Below, in pieces: positions 1 through 15,861 of a stretch of 64,000 bases of DNA (its first letter is position 1; every line of letters begins with the position of its first letter). The position numbers and the translations under genes are program-made. The DNA is from Bugula neritina (lineage: Eukaryota > Animalia > Bryozoa): the NCBI GenBank assembly GCA_964035545.1, contig OZ037767.1, positions 18,258,259 through 18,322,258 of the forward strand, read 5' to 3'. Under the pieces are notes generated by a model that made no database searches, had not been told where the DNA came from, and saw only the letters and a list, made by a program, of their open reading frames with translations.

Positions 1-3000
1 TGCAACAAACTGAAATACACTGTAACATACTGAAATACACTGCAACATACTGCATTATACTGACATTTACTGGGACATATGGAATTACACTGCAACAAAT
101 TGAAGTACACTGCGACGCACTGAAACATACGGCAATATACTGAAATGTACTGCGACACATTGATATATACTGCAACATACTGAAATATGCTGTAGCGTAC
201 TGAAATTCACTGCAACACACTGAAGTATACTGTAATATACAGAAATGTAATGTAACAAACTGAAACATACGTCAACATACTGAAATGTACTGCAACATAC
301 TGAAATACACTGTAATATATTGAATTACACTGCAACATACTGCAACATACTGAAATACGCTGTAACATATTGAAATACACTGTAACACATGAAATATACT
401 GTAACTCATTGAAATATAGTGTAATATACATAAATGTACTGCAACATACTGGAATATACGGCAACATACTGAAATATACTGCGACAGATTGAAATATACT
501 GCAACATACTGAAATTTAATGCAAGATACTGCAATATACTGAAATACACCGTGAAATACTGAGATACATTGCAACATACTGCAACATACTGCAACATACT
601 GAAATACACTGTAACATATTGAAATACACTGCAAAACATTGAAATCTACTGCAACATACTGCAACATACTGAAATACGCTGTAAAATACTGAAATACACT
701 GCAACATACTGAATTATACTGACATACACTGGAACATATTGAAATATACTGCAACAAATTGAAGTATACTGCAACACACTGAAACATACGGCAACCTACT
801 GAAATATACTGCGACACATTGAAATATACTGCAACATACTGAAATACACTGTATCATACTGAAATAAACTGCAACACACTGAAGTGTACTGTAATATACA
901 GACATGTACTGTAACAAACTGAAACATACGTCAACATACTAAAATGTACTGCAACATACTGAGATACACTGTACTATACTGAAATATACTGCAACCTACT
1001 GCAACATACTGACATACGCTGTAACATATTGAAATACACTGCAACACATTGAAATATACTCCAACTCACTGAAATATAGTGTAATATACGGAAATGTACT
1101 GTGACATACTGGAATATACTGTAACACAATGAAATATACTTCAACATACTGAAATACGCTGTAACATACTGAAATATACTGCAACCTACTGCAACATACT
1201 GAAATACACTGTAACATACTGAAATACACTGCAACATACTACAACATACTGAAATACACTGTAAAATATTGAAATACACTGCAACACACTGAAATATACT
1301 GCAACATACCGAAATATATGGTGGACTACTGAAAAATACTGTAACACATTGAAAAATACTGCAACATACTGAAATATACTGTAACACACTGAAATATACT
1401 GCAACATACTGAAGTACACTGTAATATACTGAAATACACTGTAACATACTGAAATACACTGCGACATACTACAACATACTGAAATACACTGTAACATATT
1501 GAAATACACTGCAATACACTGAAACATATTGAAATACACTGCAACACACTGAAATATACTGCAACATCCCGAAATAAATGGTAAACTACTGAAATATACT
1601 GTAACACATTGAAAAATACTGCATCATATTGAAATATAGTGTAACACACTGAAATATACTGCAACATACTGAAATACACTGTAACATACTAAAAGATACT
1701 GCAACATAGTGAAATACACTGCTACATACTGAAATATACTGCAACATACTGCAACATACTGAAATACATTGTAACACACTGAAATACGCTGAAACATACT
1801 GCAACATATTGAAATACACTGCAACACATCGAATTATACTGCAACATACCTAAATATACAGTAATATACTGAAATATACTGTAACACATTGAAAAGTACT
1901 GAAACATACTGAAATATACTGAAAGACACTGCTACATACTGAAATATACTGCAAGATACTGCAACATACTGAAATACACTATAACATACTGAAATATACT
2001 GCAACATACTGAAATACACTGCTACATACTGAAATATACTGCAACATACCTAAATATACGGTCATATACTACAATATACTGTAACACATTGAAAAACACT
2101 GCAACATACTGAACTATACTGCAAGTTACTGAAATGCACTGTAACATACTGAAACACACTGCAACATACTGCATTATACTGACATACGCTGTAACATATT
2201 GAAATACACTGCAACACATTGAAATATACTCTAACTCACTGAAATATAGTGTAATATACGAAAATGTACTGTGACATACTGGAATATACTGTAACACAAT
2301 GAAATATACTTCAACATACTGAAATACGCTGTAACATACTGAAATATACTGCAACCTACTGCAACATACTGAAATACACTGTAACATACTGAAATACACT
2401 GCAACATACTACAACATACTGAAATACACTGTAAAATATTGAAATACACTGCAACACACTGAAATATACTGCAACATACCGAAATATATGGTAGACTACT
2501 GAAAAATACTGTAACACATTGAAAAATACTGCAACATACTGAAATATACTGTAACACACTGAAATATACTGCAACATACTGAAGTACACTGTAATATACT
2601 GAAATACACTGTAACATACTGAAATACACTGCGACATACTACAACATACTGAAATACACTGTAACATATTGAAATACACTGCAATACACTGAAACATATT
2701 GAAATACACTGCAACACACTGAAATATACTGCAACATCCCGAAATAAATGGTAAACTACTGAAATATACTGTAACACATTGAAAAATACTGCATCATATT
2801 GAAATATAGTGTAACACACTGAAATATACTGCAACATACTGAAATACACTGTAACATATTAAAAGATACTGCAACATAGTGAAATACACTGCTACATACT
2901 GAAATATACTGCAACATACTGCAACATACTGAAATACATTGTAACACACTGAAATACGCTGAAACATACTGCAACATATTGAAATACACTGCAACACATC

Positions 3001-6000
3001 GAATTATACTGCAACATACCTAAATATACAGTAATATACTGAAATATACTGTAACACATTGAAAAGTACTGAAACATACTGAAATATACTGAAAGACACT
3101 GCTACATACTGAAATATACTGCAAGATACTGCAACATACTGAAATACACTATAACATACTGAAATATACTGCAACATACTGAAATACACTGCTACATACT
3201 GAAATATACTGCAACATACCTAAATATACGGTCATATACTACAATATACTGTAACACATTGAAAAACACTGCAACATACTGAACTATACTGCAAGATACT
3301 GAAATGCACTGTAACATACTGAAACACACTGCAACATACTGCATTATACTGACATACGCTGTAACATATTGAAATACACTGCAACACATTGAAATATACT
3401 CTAACTCACTGAAATATAGTGTAATATACGGAAATGTACTGTGACATACTGGAATATACTGTAACACAATGAAATATACTTCAACATACTGAAATACGCT
3501 GTAACATACTGAAATATACTGCAACCTACTGCAACATACTGAGATACACTGTAACATACTGAAATACACTGCAACATACTACAACATACTGAAATACACT
3601 GTAACATATTGAAATACACTGCAACACACTGAAATATACTGCTACATACCGAAATATATGGTAAACTACTGAAAAATACTGTAACACATTGAAAAATACT
3701 GCAACATACTGAAATATACTGTAACACACTGAAATATACTGCAACATACTGAATTACACTGTAGCATACTGAAATATACTGCAACATACTGAAATACACT
3801 GCTACATACTGAAATATACTGCAAAATACTGCAACTTACTGAAATACACTGTAACATACTGAAATACACTGCAACATACTACAACATACTGAAATACAGT
3901 GTAACATATCGAAATACACTGCAACACAATAATATATACTGCAACATACCGAAATATTTGGTAAACTACTGAAATATACTGTAACACATTGAAAAATACT
4001 GCAACATACTGAAATATACTGTGACACACTGAAATATACTGCAACATACTGAAATACACTGTAACATACTGAAGTATACTGCAACATACTGAAATAAACT
4101 GCTACATACTGAAATATACTTCAAGATACTGCAACAAACTGAAATACACTGTAACATACTGAAATACACTGCAACATACTGCATTATATTGACATCTACT
4201 GGGACATATGGATTTACACTGCAACAAATTGAAGTACACTGCGACGCACTGAAACATACGGCAATATACTGAAATGTACTGCGACACATTGATATATACT
4301 GCAACATACTGAAATATGCTGTAGCGTACTGAAATTCACTGCAACACACTGAAGTATACTGTAATATACAGAAATGTAATGTAACAAACTGAAACATACG
4401 TCAACATACTGCAACATACTGCAACATACTGAAATACGCTGTAAAATACTGAAATACACTGCAACATACTGAATTATACTGACATACACTGGAACATATT
4501 GAAATATACTGCAACAAATTGAAGTATACTGCAACACACTGAAACATACGGCAACATACTGAAATATACTGCGACACATTGCAATATACTGCAACATACT
4601 GAAATATGCTGTAGCATACTGAAATACACTGCAACACACTGAAGTATACTGTAATAGACAGAAATATACTGTAACAAACTGAAACATACGTCAACATACT
4701 GAAATGTACTGCAACATACTGAGATACACTGTAATATACTGAATTACACTGCAACATACTGCAACATACTGAAATACGCTGTAACATATTGAAATACACT
4801 GCAACACATTGAAATATACTGTAACTCACTGAAATATAGTGTAATATACGGAAATGTACTGTAACATACTGGAATATACTATAACACACTGAAATACACT
4901 GTAACATACTGCAACATTCTAAAATACACTGTAACATATCGAAATACACTGCCACACACTGAAATATACTGCAACATACCGAAATCAATGGTAAACTACT
5001 GAAATATACTGTAACACAATGAAAAACACTGCAACATACTGAACTATACTGCAAGATACTGCAACATACTGAAATACACTGTAACATACTGAACCACACT
5101 GCAACATACTGCATTATACTGACATACGCTGTAACATATTGAAATACACTGCAACGCTTTGAAATATACTGTAACTCACTGAAATATACTGCAACATACT
5201 GAAATACACTGTAACATACTGAAGTATACTGCATCATACTGAAATAAACTGGTACATACTGAAATATACTTCAAGATACTGCAACAAACTGAAATACACT
5301 GTAACATACTGAAATACACTGCAACATACTGCATTATACTGACATTTACTGGGACATATGGAATTACACTGCAACAAATTGAAGTACACTGCGACGCACT
5401 GAAACATACGGCAATATACTGAAATGTACTGCGACACATTGATATATACTGCAACATACTGAAATATGCTGTAGCGTACTGAAATTCACTGCAACACACT
5501 GAAGTATACTGTAATATACAGAAATGTAATGTAACAAACTGAAACATACGTCAACATACTGAAATGTACTGCAACATACTGAAATACACTGTAATATATT
5601 GAATTACACTGCAACATACTGCAACATACTGAAATACGCTGTAACATATTGAAATACACTGTAACACATGAAATATACTGTAACTCATTGAAATATAGTG
5701 TAATATACATAAATGTACTGCAACATACTGGAATATACGGCAACATACTGAAATATACTGCGACAGATTGAAATATACTGCAACATACTGAAATTTAATG
5801 CAAGATACTGCAATATACTGAAATACACCGTGAAATACTGAGATACATTGCAACATACTGCAACATACTGCAACATACTGAAATACACTGTAACATATTG
5901 AAATACACTGCAAAACATTGAAATCTACTGCAACATACTGCAACATACTGAAATACGCTGTAAAATACTGAAATACACTGCAACATACTGAATTATACTG

Positions 6001-9000
6001 ACATACACTGGAACATATTGAAATATACTGCAACAAATTGAAGTATACTGCAACACACTGAAACATACGGCAACCTACTGAAATATACTGCGACACATTG
6101 AAATATACTGCAACATACTGAAATACACTGTATCATACTGAAATAAACTGCAACACACTGAAGTGTACTGTAATATACAGACATGTACTGTAACAAACTG
6201 AAACATACGTCAACATACTAAAATGTACTGCAACATACTGAGATACACTGTACTATACTGAAATATACTGCAACCTACTGCAACATACTGACATACGCTG
6301 TAACATATTGAAATACACTGCAACACATTGAAATATACTCCAACTCACTGAAATATAGTGTAATATACGGAAATGTACTGTGACATACTGGAATATACTG
6401 TAACACAATGAAATATACTTCAACATACTGAAATACGCTGTAACATACTGAAATATACTGCAACCTACTGCAACATACTGAAATACACTGTAACATACTG
6501 AAATACACTGCAACATACTACAACATACTGAAATACACTGTAAAATATTGAAATACACTGCAACACACTGAAATATACTGCAACATACTGAAATACACTG
6601 TAACATATTAAAAGATACTGCAACATAGTGAAATACACTGCTACATACTGAAATATACTGCAACATACTGCAACATACTGAAATACATTGTAACACACTG
6701 AAATACGCTGAAACATACTGCAACATATTGAAATACACTGCAACACATCGAATTATACTGCAACATACCTAAATATACAGTAATATACTGAAATATACTG
6801 TAACACATTGAAAAGTACTGAAACATACTGAAATATACTGAAAGACACTGCTACATACTGAAATATACTGCAAGATACTGCAACATACTGAAATACACTA
6901 TAACATACTGAAATATACTGCAACATACTGAAATACACTGCTACATACTGAAATATACTGCAACATACCTAAATATACGGTCATATACTACAATATACTG
7001 TAACACATTGAAAAACACTGCAACATACTGAACTATACTGCAAGATACTGAAATGCACTGTAACATACTGAAACACACTGCAACATACTGCATTATACTG
7101 ACATACGCTGTAACATATTGAAATACACTGCAACACATTGAAATATACTCTAACTCACTGAAATATAGTGTAATATACGGAAATGTACTGTGACATACTG
7201 GAATATACTGTAACACAATGAAATATACTTCAACATACTGAAATACGCTGTAACATACTGAAATATACTGCAACCTACTGCAACATACTGAAATACACTG
7301 TAACATACTGAAATACACTGCAACATACTACAACATACTGAAATACACTGTAACATATTGAAATACACTGCAACACACTGAAATATACTGCTACATACCG
7401 AAATATATGGTAAACTACTGAAAAATACTGTAACACATTGAAAAATACTGCAACATACTGAAATATACTGTAACACACTGAAATATACTGCAACATACTG
7501 AATTACACTGTAGCATACTGAAATATACTGCAACATACTGAAATACACTGCTACATACTGAAATATACTGCAAAATACTGCAACTTACTGAAATACACTG
7601 TAACATACTGAAATACACTGCAACATACTACAACATACTGAAATACAGTGTAACATATCGAAATACACTGCAACACAATAATATATACTGCAACATACCG
7701 AAATATTTGGTAAACTACTGAAATATACTGTAACACATTGAAAAATACTGCAACATACTGAAATATACTGTGACACACTGAAATATACTGCAACATACTG
7801 AAATACACTGTAACATACTGAAGTATACTGCAACATACTGAAATAAACTGCTACATACTGAAATATACTTCAAGATACTGCAACAAACTGAAATACACTG
7901 TAACATACTGAAATACACTGCAACATACTGCATTATATTGACATCTACTGGGACATATGGATTTACACTGCAACAAATTGAAGTACACTGCGACGCACTG
8001 AAACATACGGCAATATACTGAAATGTACTGCGACACATTGATATATACTGCAACATACTGAAATATGCTGTAGCGTACTGAAATTCACTGCAACACACTG
8101 AAGTATACTGTAATATACAGAAATGTAATGTAACAAACTGAAACATACGTCAACATACTGCAACATACTGCAACATACTGAAATACGCTGTAAAATACTG
8201 AAATACACTGCAACATACTGAATTATACTGACATACACTGGAACATATTGAAATATACTGCAACAAATTGAAGTATACTGCAACACACTGAAACATACGG
8301 CAACATACTGAAATATACTGCGACACATTGCAATATACTGCAACATACTGAAATATGCTGTAGCATACTGAAATACACTGCAACACACTGAAGTATACTG
8401 TAATAGACAGAAATATACTGTAACAAACTGAAACATACGTCAACATACTGAAATGTACTGCAACATACTGAGATACACTGTAATATACTGAATTACACTG
8501 CAACATACTGCAACATACTGAAATACGCTGTAACATATTGAAATACACTGCAACACATTGAAATATACTGTAACTCACTGAAATGTAGTGTAATATACGG
8601 AAATGTACTGTAACATACTGGAATATACTATAACACACTGAAATACACTGTAACATACTGCAACATTCTAAAATACACTGTAACATATCGAAATACACTG
8701 CCACACACTGAAATATACTGCAACATACCGAAATCAATGGTAAACTACTGAAATATACTGTAACACAATGAAAAACACTGCAACATACTGAACTATACTG
8801 CAAGATACTGCAACATACTGAAATACACTGTAACATACTGAACCACACTGCAACATACTGCATTATACTGACATACGCTGTAACATATTGAAATACACTG
8901 CAACGCTTTGAAATATACTGTAACTCACTGAAATATACTGCAACATACTGAAATACACTGTAACATACTGAAGTATACTGCATCATACTGAAATAAACTG

Positions 9001-12000
9001 GTACATACTGAAATATACTTCAAGATACTGCAACAAACTGAAATACACTGTAACATACTGAAATACACTGCAACATACTGCATTATACTGACATTTACTG
9101 GGACATATGGAATTACACTGCAACAAATTGAAGTACACTGCGACGCACTGAAACATACGGCAATATACTGAAATGTACTGCGACACATTGATATATACTG
9201 CAACATACTGAAATATGCTGTAGCGTACTGAAATTCACTGCAACACACTGAAGTATACTGTAATATACAGAAATGTAATGTAACAAACTGAAACATACGT
9301 CAACATACTGAAATGTACTGCAACATACTGAAATACACTGTAATATATTGAATTACACTGCAACATACTGCAACATACTGAAATACGCTGTAACATATTG
9401 AAATACACTGTAACACATGAAATATACTGTAACTCATTGAAATATAGTGTAATATACATAAATGTACTGCAACATACTGGAATATACGGCAACATACTGA
9501 AATATACTGCGACAGATTGAAATATACTGCAACATACTGAAATTTAATGCAAGATACTGCAATATACTGAAATACACCGTGAAATACTGAGATACATTGC
9601 AACATACTGCAACATACTGCAACATACTGAAATACACTGTAACATATTGAAATACACTGCAAAACATTGAAATCTACTGCAACATACTGCAACATACTGA
9701 AATACGCTGTAAAATACTGAAATACACTGCAACATACTGAATTATACTGACATACACTGGAACATATTGAAATATACTGCAACAAATTGAAGTATACTGC
9801 AACACACTGAAACATACGGCAACCTACTGAAATATACTGCGACACATTGAAATATACTGCAACATACTGAAATACACTGTATCATACTGAAATAAACTGC
9901 AACACACTGAAGTGTACTGTAATATACAGACATGTACTGTAACAAACTGAAACATACGTCAACATACTAAAATGTACTGCAACATACTGAGATACACTGT
10001 ACTATACTGAAATATACTGCAACCTACTGCAACATACTGACATACGCTGTAACATATTGAAATACACTGCAACACATTGAAATATACTCCAACTCACTGA
10101 AATATAGTGTAATATACGGAAATGTACTGTGACATACTGGAATATACTGTAACACAATGAAATATACTTCAACATACTGAAATACGCTGTAACATGCTGA
10201 AATATACTGCAACCTACTGCAACATACTGAAATACACTGTAACATACTGAAATACACTGCAACATACTACAACATACTGAAATACACTGTAAAATATTGA
10301 AATACACTGCAACACACTGAAATATACTGCAACATACCGAAATATATGGTAGACTACTGAAAAATACTGTAACACATTGAAAAATACTGCAACATACTGA
10401 AATATACTGTAACACACTGAAATATACTGCAACATACTGAAGTACACTGTAATATACTGAAATACACTGTAACATACTGAAATACACTGCGACATACTAC
10501 AACATACTGAAATACACTGTAACATATTGAAATACACTGCAATACACTGAAACATATTGAAATACACTGCAACACACTGAAATATACTGCAACATCCCGA
10601 AATAAATGGTAAACTACTGAAATATACTGTAACACATTGAAAAATACTGCATCATATTGAAATATAGTGTAACACACTGAAATATACTGCAACATACTGA
10701 AATACACTGTAACATACTAAAAGATACTGCAACATAGTGAAATACACTGCTACATACTGAAATATACTGCAACATACTTCAACATACTGAAATACATTGT
10801 AACACACTGAAATACGCTGAAACATACTGCAACATATTGAAATACACTGCAACACATCGAATTATACTGCAACATACCTAAATATACAGTAATATACTGA
10901 AATATACTGTAACACATTGAAAAGTACTGAAACATACTGAAATATACTGAAAGACACTGCTACATACTGAAATATACTGCAAGATACTGCAACATACTGA
11001 AATACACTATAACATACTGAAATATACTGCAACATACTGAAATACACTGCTACATACTGAAATATACTGCAACATACCTAAATATACGGTCATATACTAC
11101 AATATACTGTAACACATTGAAAAACACTGCAACATACTGAACTATACTGCAAGTTACTGAAATGCACTGTAACATACTGAAACACACTGCAACATACTGC
11201 ATTATACTGACATACGCTGTAACATATTGAAATACACTGCAACACATTGAAATATACTCTAACTCACTGAAATATAGTGTAATATACGAAAATGTACTGT
11301 GACATACTGGAATATACTGTAACACAATGAAATATACTTCAACATACTGAAATACGCTGTAACATACTGAAATATACTGCAACCTACTGCAACATACTGA
11401 AATACACTGTAACATACTGAAATACACTGCAACATACTACAACATACTGAAATACACTGTAACATATTGAAATACACTGCAACACACTGAAATATACTGC
11501 TACATACCGAAATATATGGTAAACTACTGAAAAATACTGTAACACATTGAAAAATACTGCAACATACTGAAATATACTGTAACACACTGAAATATACTGC
11601 AACATACTGAATTACACTGCTACATACTGAAATATACTGCAAAATACTGCAACTTACTGAAATACACTGTAACATACTGAAATACACTGCAACATACTAC
11701 AACATACTGAAATACAGTGTAACATATCGAAATACACTGCAACACAATAATATATACTGCAACATACCGAAATATTTGGTAAACTACTGAAATATACTGT
11801 AACACATTGAAAAATACTGCAACATACTGAAATATACTGTGACACACTGAAATATACTGCAACATACTGAAATACACTGTAACATACTGAAGTATACTGC
11901 AACATACTGAAATAAACTGCTACATACTGAAATATACTTCAAGATACTGCAACAAACTGAAATACACTGTAACATACTGAAATACACTGCAACATACTGC

Positions 12001-12395
12001 ATTATACTGACATCTACTGGGACATATGGAATTACACTGCAACAAATTGAAGTACACTGCGACGCACTGAAACATACGGCAATATACTGAAATGTACTGC
12101 GACACATTGATATATACTGCAACATACTGAAATATGCTGTAGCGTACTGAAATTCACTGCAACACACTGAAGTATACTGTAATATACAGAAATGTAATGT
12201 AACAAACTGAAACATACGTCAACATACTGCAACATACTGCAACATACTGAAATACGCTGTAAAATACTGAAATACACTGCAACATACTGAATTATACTGA
12301 CATACACTGGAACATATTGAAATATACTGCAACAAATTGAAGTATACTGCAACACACTGAAACATACGGCAACATACTGAAATATACTGCGACAC
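1..12395 (+). repeat. Higher-order repeat A: copies starting at 1, 5280 and 9029 (5279 bp, 3749 bp, third copy partial)
   Basis: Identical ORF-track peptides at 207/5486/9235 and 272/5551/9300. A shared 1-bp deletion (acacat-gaaat) sits at 390, 5669 and 9418, and the marker aaatttaatgcaag occurs in each copy. Confidence 0.93.
1011..3750 (+). repeat. 1170-bp tandem duplication nested in HOR-A copy 1 (~2.3 copies)
   Basis: gacatacgctgtaacatatt at 1011, 2181 and 3351. Near-identical ORFs at 1186/2356, 1326/2496, 1834/3004 and 2022/3192, all offset by 1170. Confidence 0.92.
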
Positions 12396-15300
12396 ATTGA
12401 AATATACTGCAACATACTGAAATACACTGTATCATACTGAAATAAACTGCAACACACTGAAGTGTACTGTAATATACAGACATGTACTGTAACAAACTGA
12501 AACATACGTCAACATACTAAAATGTACTGCAACAGACTGAGATACACTGTAATATACTGAAATATACTGCAACATACTGCATTATACTGACATACGCTGT
12601 AACATATTGAAATACACTGCAACGCTTTGAAATATACTGTAACTCACTGAAATATACTGCAACATACTGAAATACACTGCAACATACTACAACATACTGA
12701 AATACACTGTAACAGATCGAATTACACTGCAACAAATTGAAATATACGGCAACATACCAAAATATACGATAAACTACTGAAATATCCTGTAACACATTGA
12801 AATACACTTTAACATACTGAAATATACTGCAACCTACTGCAACATACTGACATACGCTGTAACATATTGAAATACACTGCAACACATTGAAATATACTGT
12901 AACTCACTGAAATATAGTGTAATATACGGAAATGTACTGTAACATACTGGAATATACTATAACACACTGAAATACACTGTAACATACTGCAACATTCTAA
13001 AATACACTGTAACATATCGAAATACACTGCCACACACTGAAATATACTGCAACATACCGAAATCAATGGTAAACTACTGAAATATACTGTAACACAATGA
13101 AAAACACTGCAACATACTGAACTATACTGCAAGATACTGCAACATACTGAAATACACTGTAACATACTGAACCACACTGCAACATACTGCATTATACTGA
13201 CATACGCTGTAACATATTGAAATACACTGCAACGCTTTGAAATATACTGTAACTCACTGAAATATACTGCAACATACTGAAATACACTGTAACATACTGA
13301 AGTATACTGCATCATACTGAAATAAACTGCTACATACTGAAATATACTTCAAGATACTGCCACAAACTGAAATACACTGTAACATACTGAAATACACTGC
13401 AACATACTGCATTATACTGACATACACTGGAACATATTGAAATATACTGCAACAAATTGAAGTATACTGCAACACACTGAAACATACGGCAACATACTGA
13501 AATATACTGCGACACATTGAAATATACTGCAACATACTGAAATACACTGTATCATACTGAAATAAACTGCAACACACTGAAGTGTACTGTAATATACAGA
13601 CATGTACTGTAACAAACTGAAACATACGTCAACATACTAAAATGTACTGCAACATACTGAGATACACTGCAATATACTGAAATATACTGCAACCTACTGC
13701 AACATACTGACATACGCTGTAACATATTGAAATACACTGCAACACATTGAAATATACTCTAACTCACTGAAATATAGTGTAATATACGGAAATGTACTGT
13801 GACATACTGGAATATACTGTAACACAATGAAATATACTTCAACATACTGAAATACGCTGTAACATACTGAAATATACTGCAACCTAGTGCAACATACTGA
13901 AATACACTGTAACATACTGAAATACACTGCAACATACTACAACATACTGAAATACACTGTAACATATTGAAATACACTGCAACACACTGAAATATACTGC
14001 AACATACCGAAATATATGGTAGACTACTGAAAAATACTGTAACACATTGAAAAATACTGCAACATACTGAAATATACTGTAACACACTGAAATATACTGC
14101 AACATACTGAAATACACTGTAACATACTGAAATACACTGTAACATACTGAAATACACTGCGACATACTACAACATACTGAAATACACTGTAACATATTGA
14201 AATACACTGCAATACACTGAAACATATTGAAATACACTGCAACACACTGAAATATACTGCAACATACCGAAATAAATGGTAAACTACTGAAATATACTGT
14301 AACACATTGAAAAATACTGCAACATATTGAAATATAGTGTAACACACTGAAATATACTGCAACATACTGAAATACACTGTAACATACTAAAATATACTGC
14401 AACATACTGAAATACACTGCTACATACTGAAATATACTGCAACATACTGCAACATACTGAAATACACTGTAACATACTGAAATACGCTGAAACATACTGC
14501 AACATACTGAAATACACTGCAACACATCGAATTATACTGCAACATACCTAAATATACAGTAATATACTGAAATATACTGTAACACATTGAAAAGCACTGC
14601 ACCATACTGAAATATACTGAAAGACACTGCTACATACTGAAATATACTGCAACATACCTAAATATACGGTAATATACTAAAATATACTGTAACACATTGA
14701 AAAACACTGCAACATACTGAACTATACTGCAAGATACTGAAATACACTGTAACATACCGAAATATACTGCAACATACTGCATTATACTGACATACGCTGT
14801 AACATATTGAAATACACTGCAACACATTGAAATATAATCTAACTCACTAAAATATAGTGTAATATACGGAAATGTACTTTGACATACTGGAATATACTGT
14901 AACACAATGAAATATACTTCAACATACTGAAATACGCTGGAACATACTGAAATATACTGCAACCTACTGCAACATACTGAAATACACTGTAACATACTGA
15001 AATGCACTGCAACATACTACAACATGCTGAATTACACTGTAACATATTGAAATACACTGCAACGCACTGAAATATACTGCAACATACCGAAATATATGGT
15101 AAACTACTGACAAATAATGTAAAACATTGAAAAATACTGCAACATACTGAAATATACTGTAACACACTGAAATATACTGCAACATACTGAAATACACTGT
15201 AACATACCGAAATATACTGCAACATACTGAAATACACTGCTACATACTGAAATATACTGCAAAATACTGCAACATACTGAAAAACACTGTAACATACTGA

Positions 15301-15861
15301 AATACACTGCAACACACTACAACATACAGAAATACAGTGTAACATATTGAAATACACTGCAACACAATGATATATACTGCAACATACCGAAATATATGGT
15401 AAACTACTGAAATATACTGTAACACATTGAAAAATACTGCAACATAAAGAAATATACTGTGACACACTGAAATATACTGCAACATACTGAAATACACTGA
15501 AACATACTGAAGTATACTGCAACATACTGAAATAGACTGCTACATACTGAAATATACTTCAAGATACTGCAACAAACTGAAATACATTGTAACATACTGA
15601 AATACACTGCAACATACTGCATTATACTGACATCTACTGGGACATATGGAATTACACTGCAACAAATTGAAGTACACTGCGACGCACTGAAACATACGTC
15701 AACATACCAAAATGTACTGCAACATACTGAGATACACTGTAATATACTGAAATATACTGCAACCTACTGCAACATACTGACATACGCTGTAACATATTGA
15801 AATACAGTGCAACACATTGAAATATACTCTAACTAACTGAAATATAGTGTAATATACGGAA

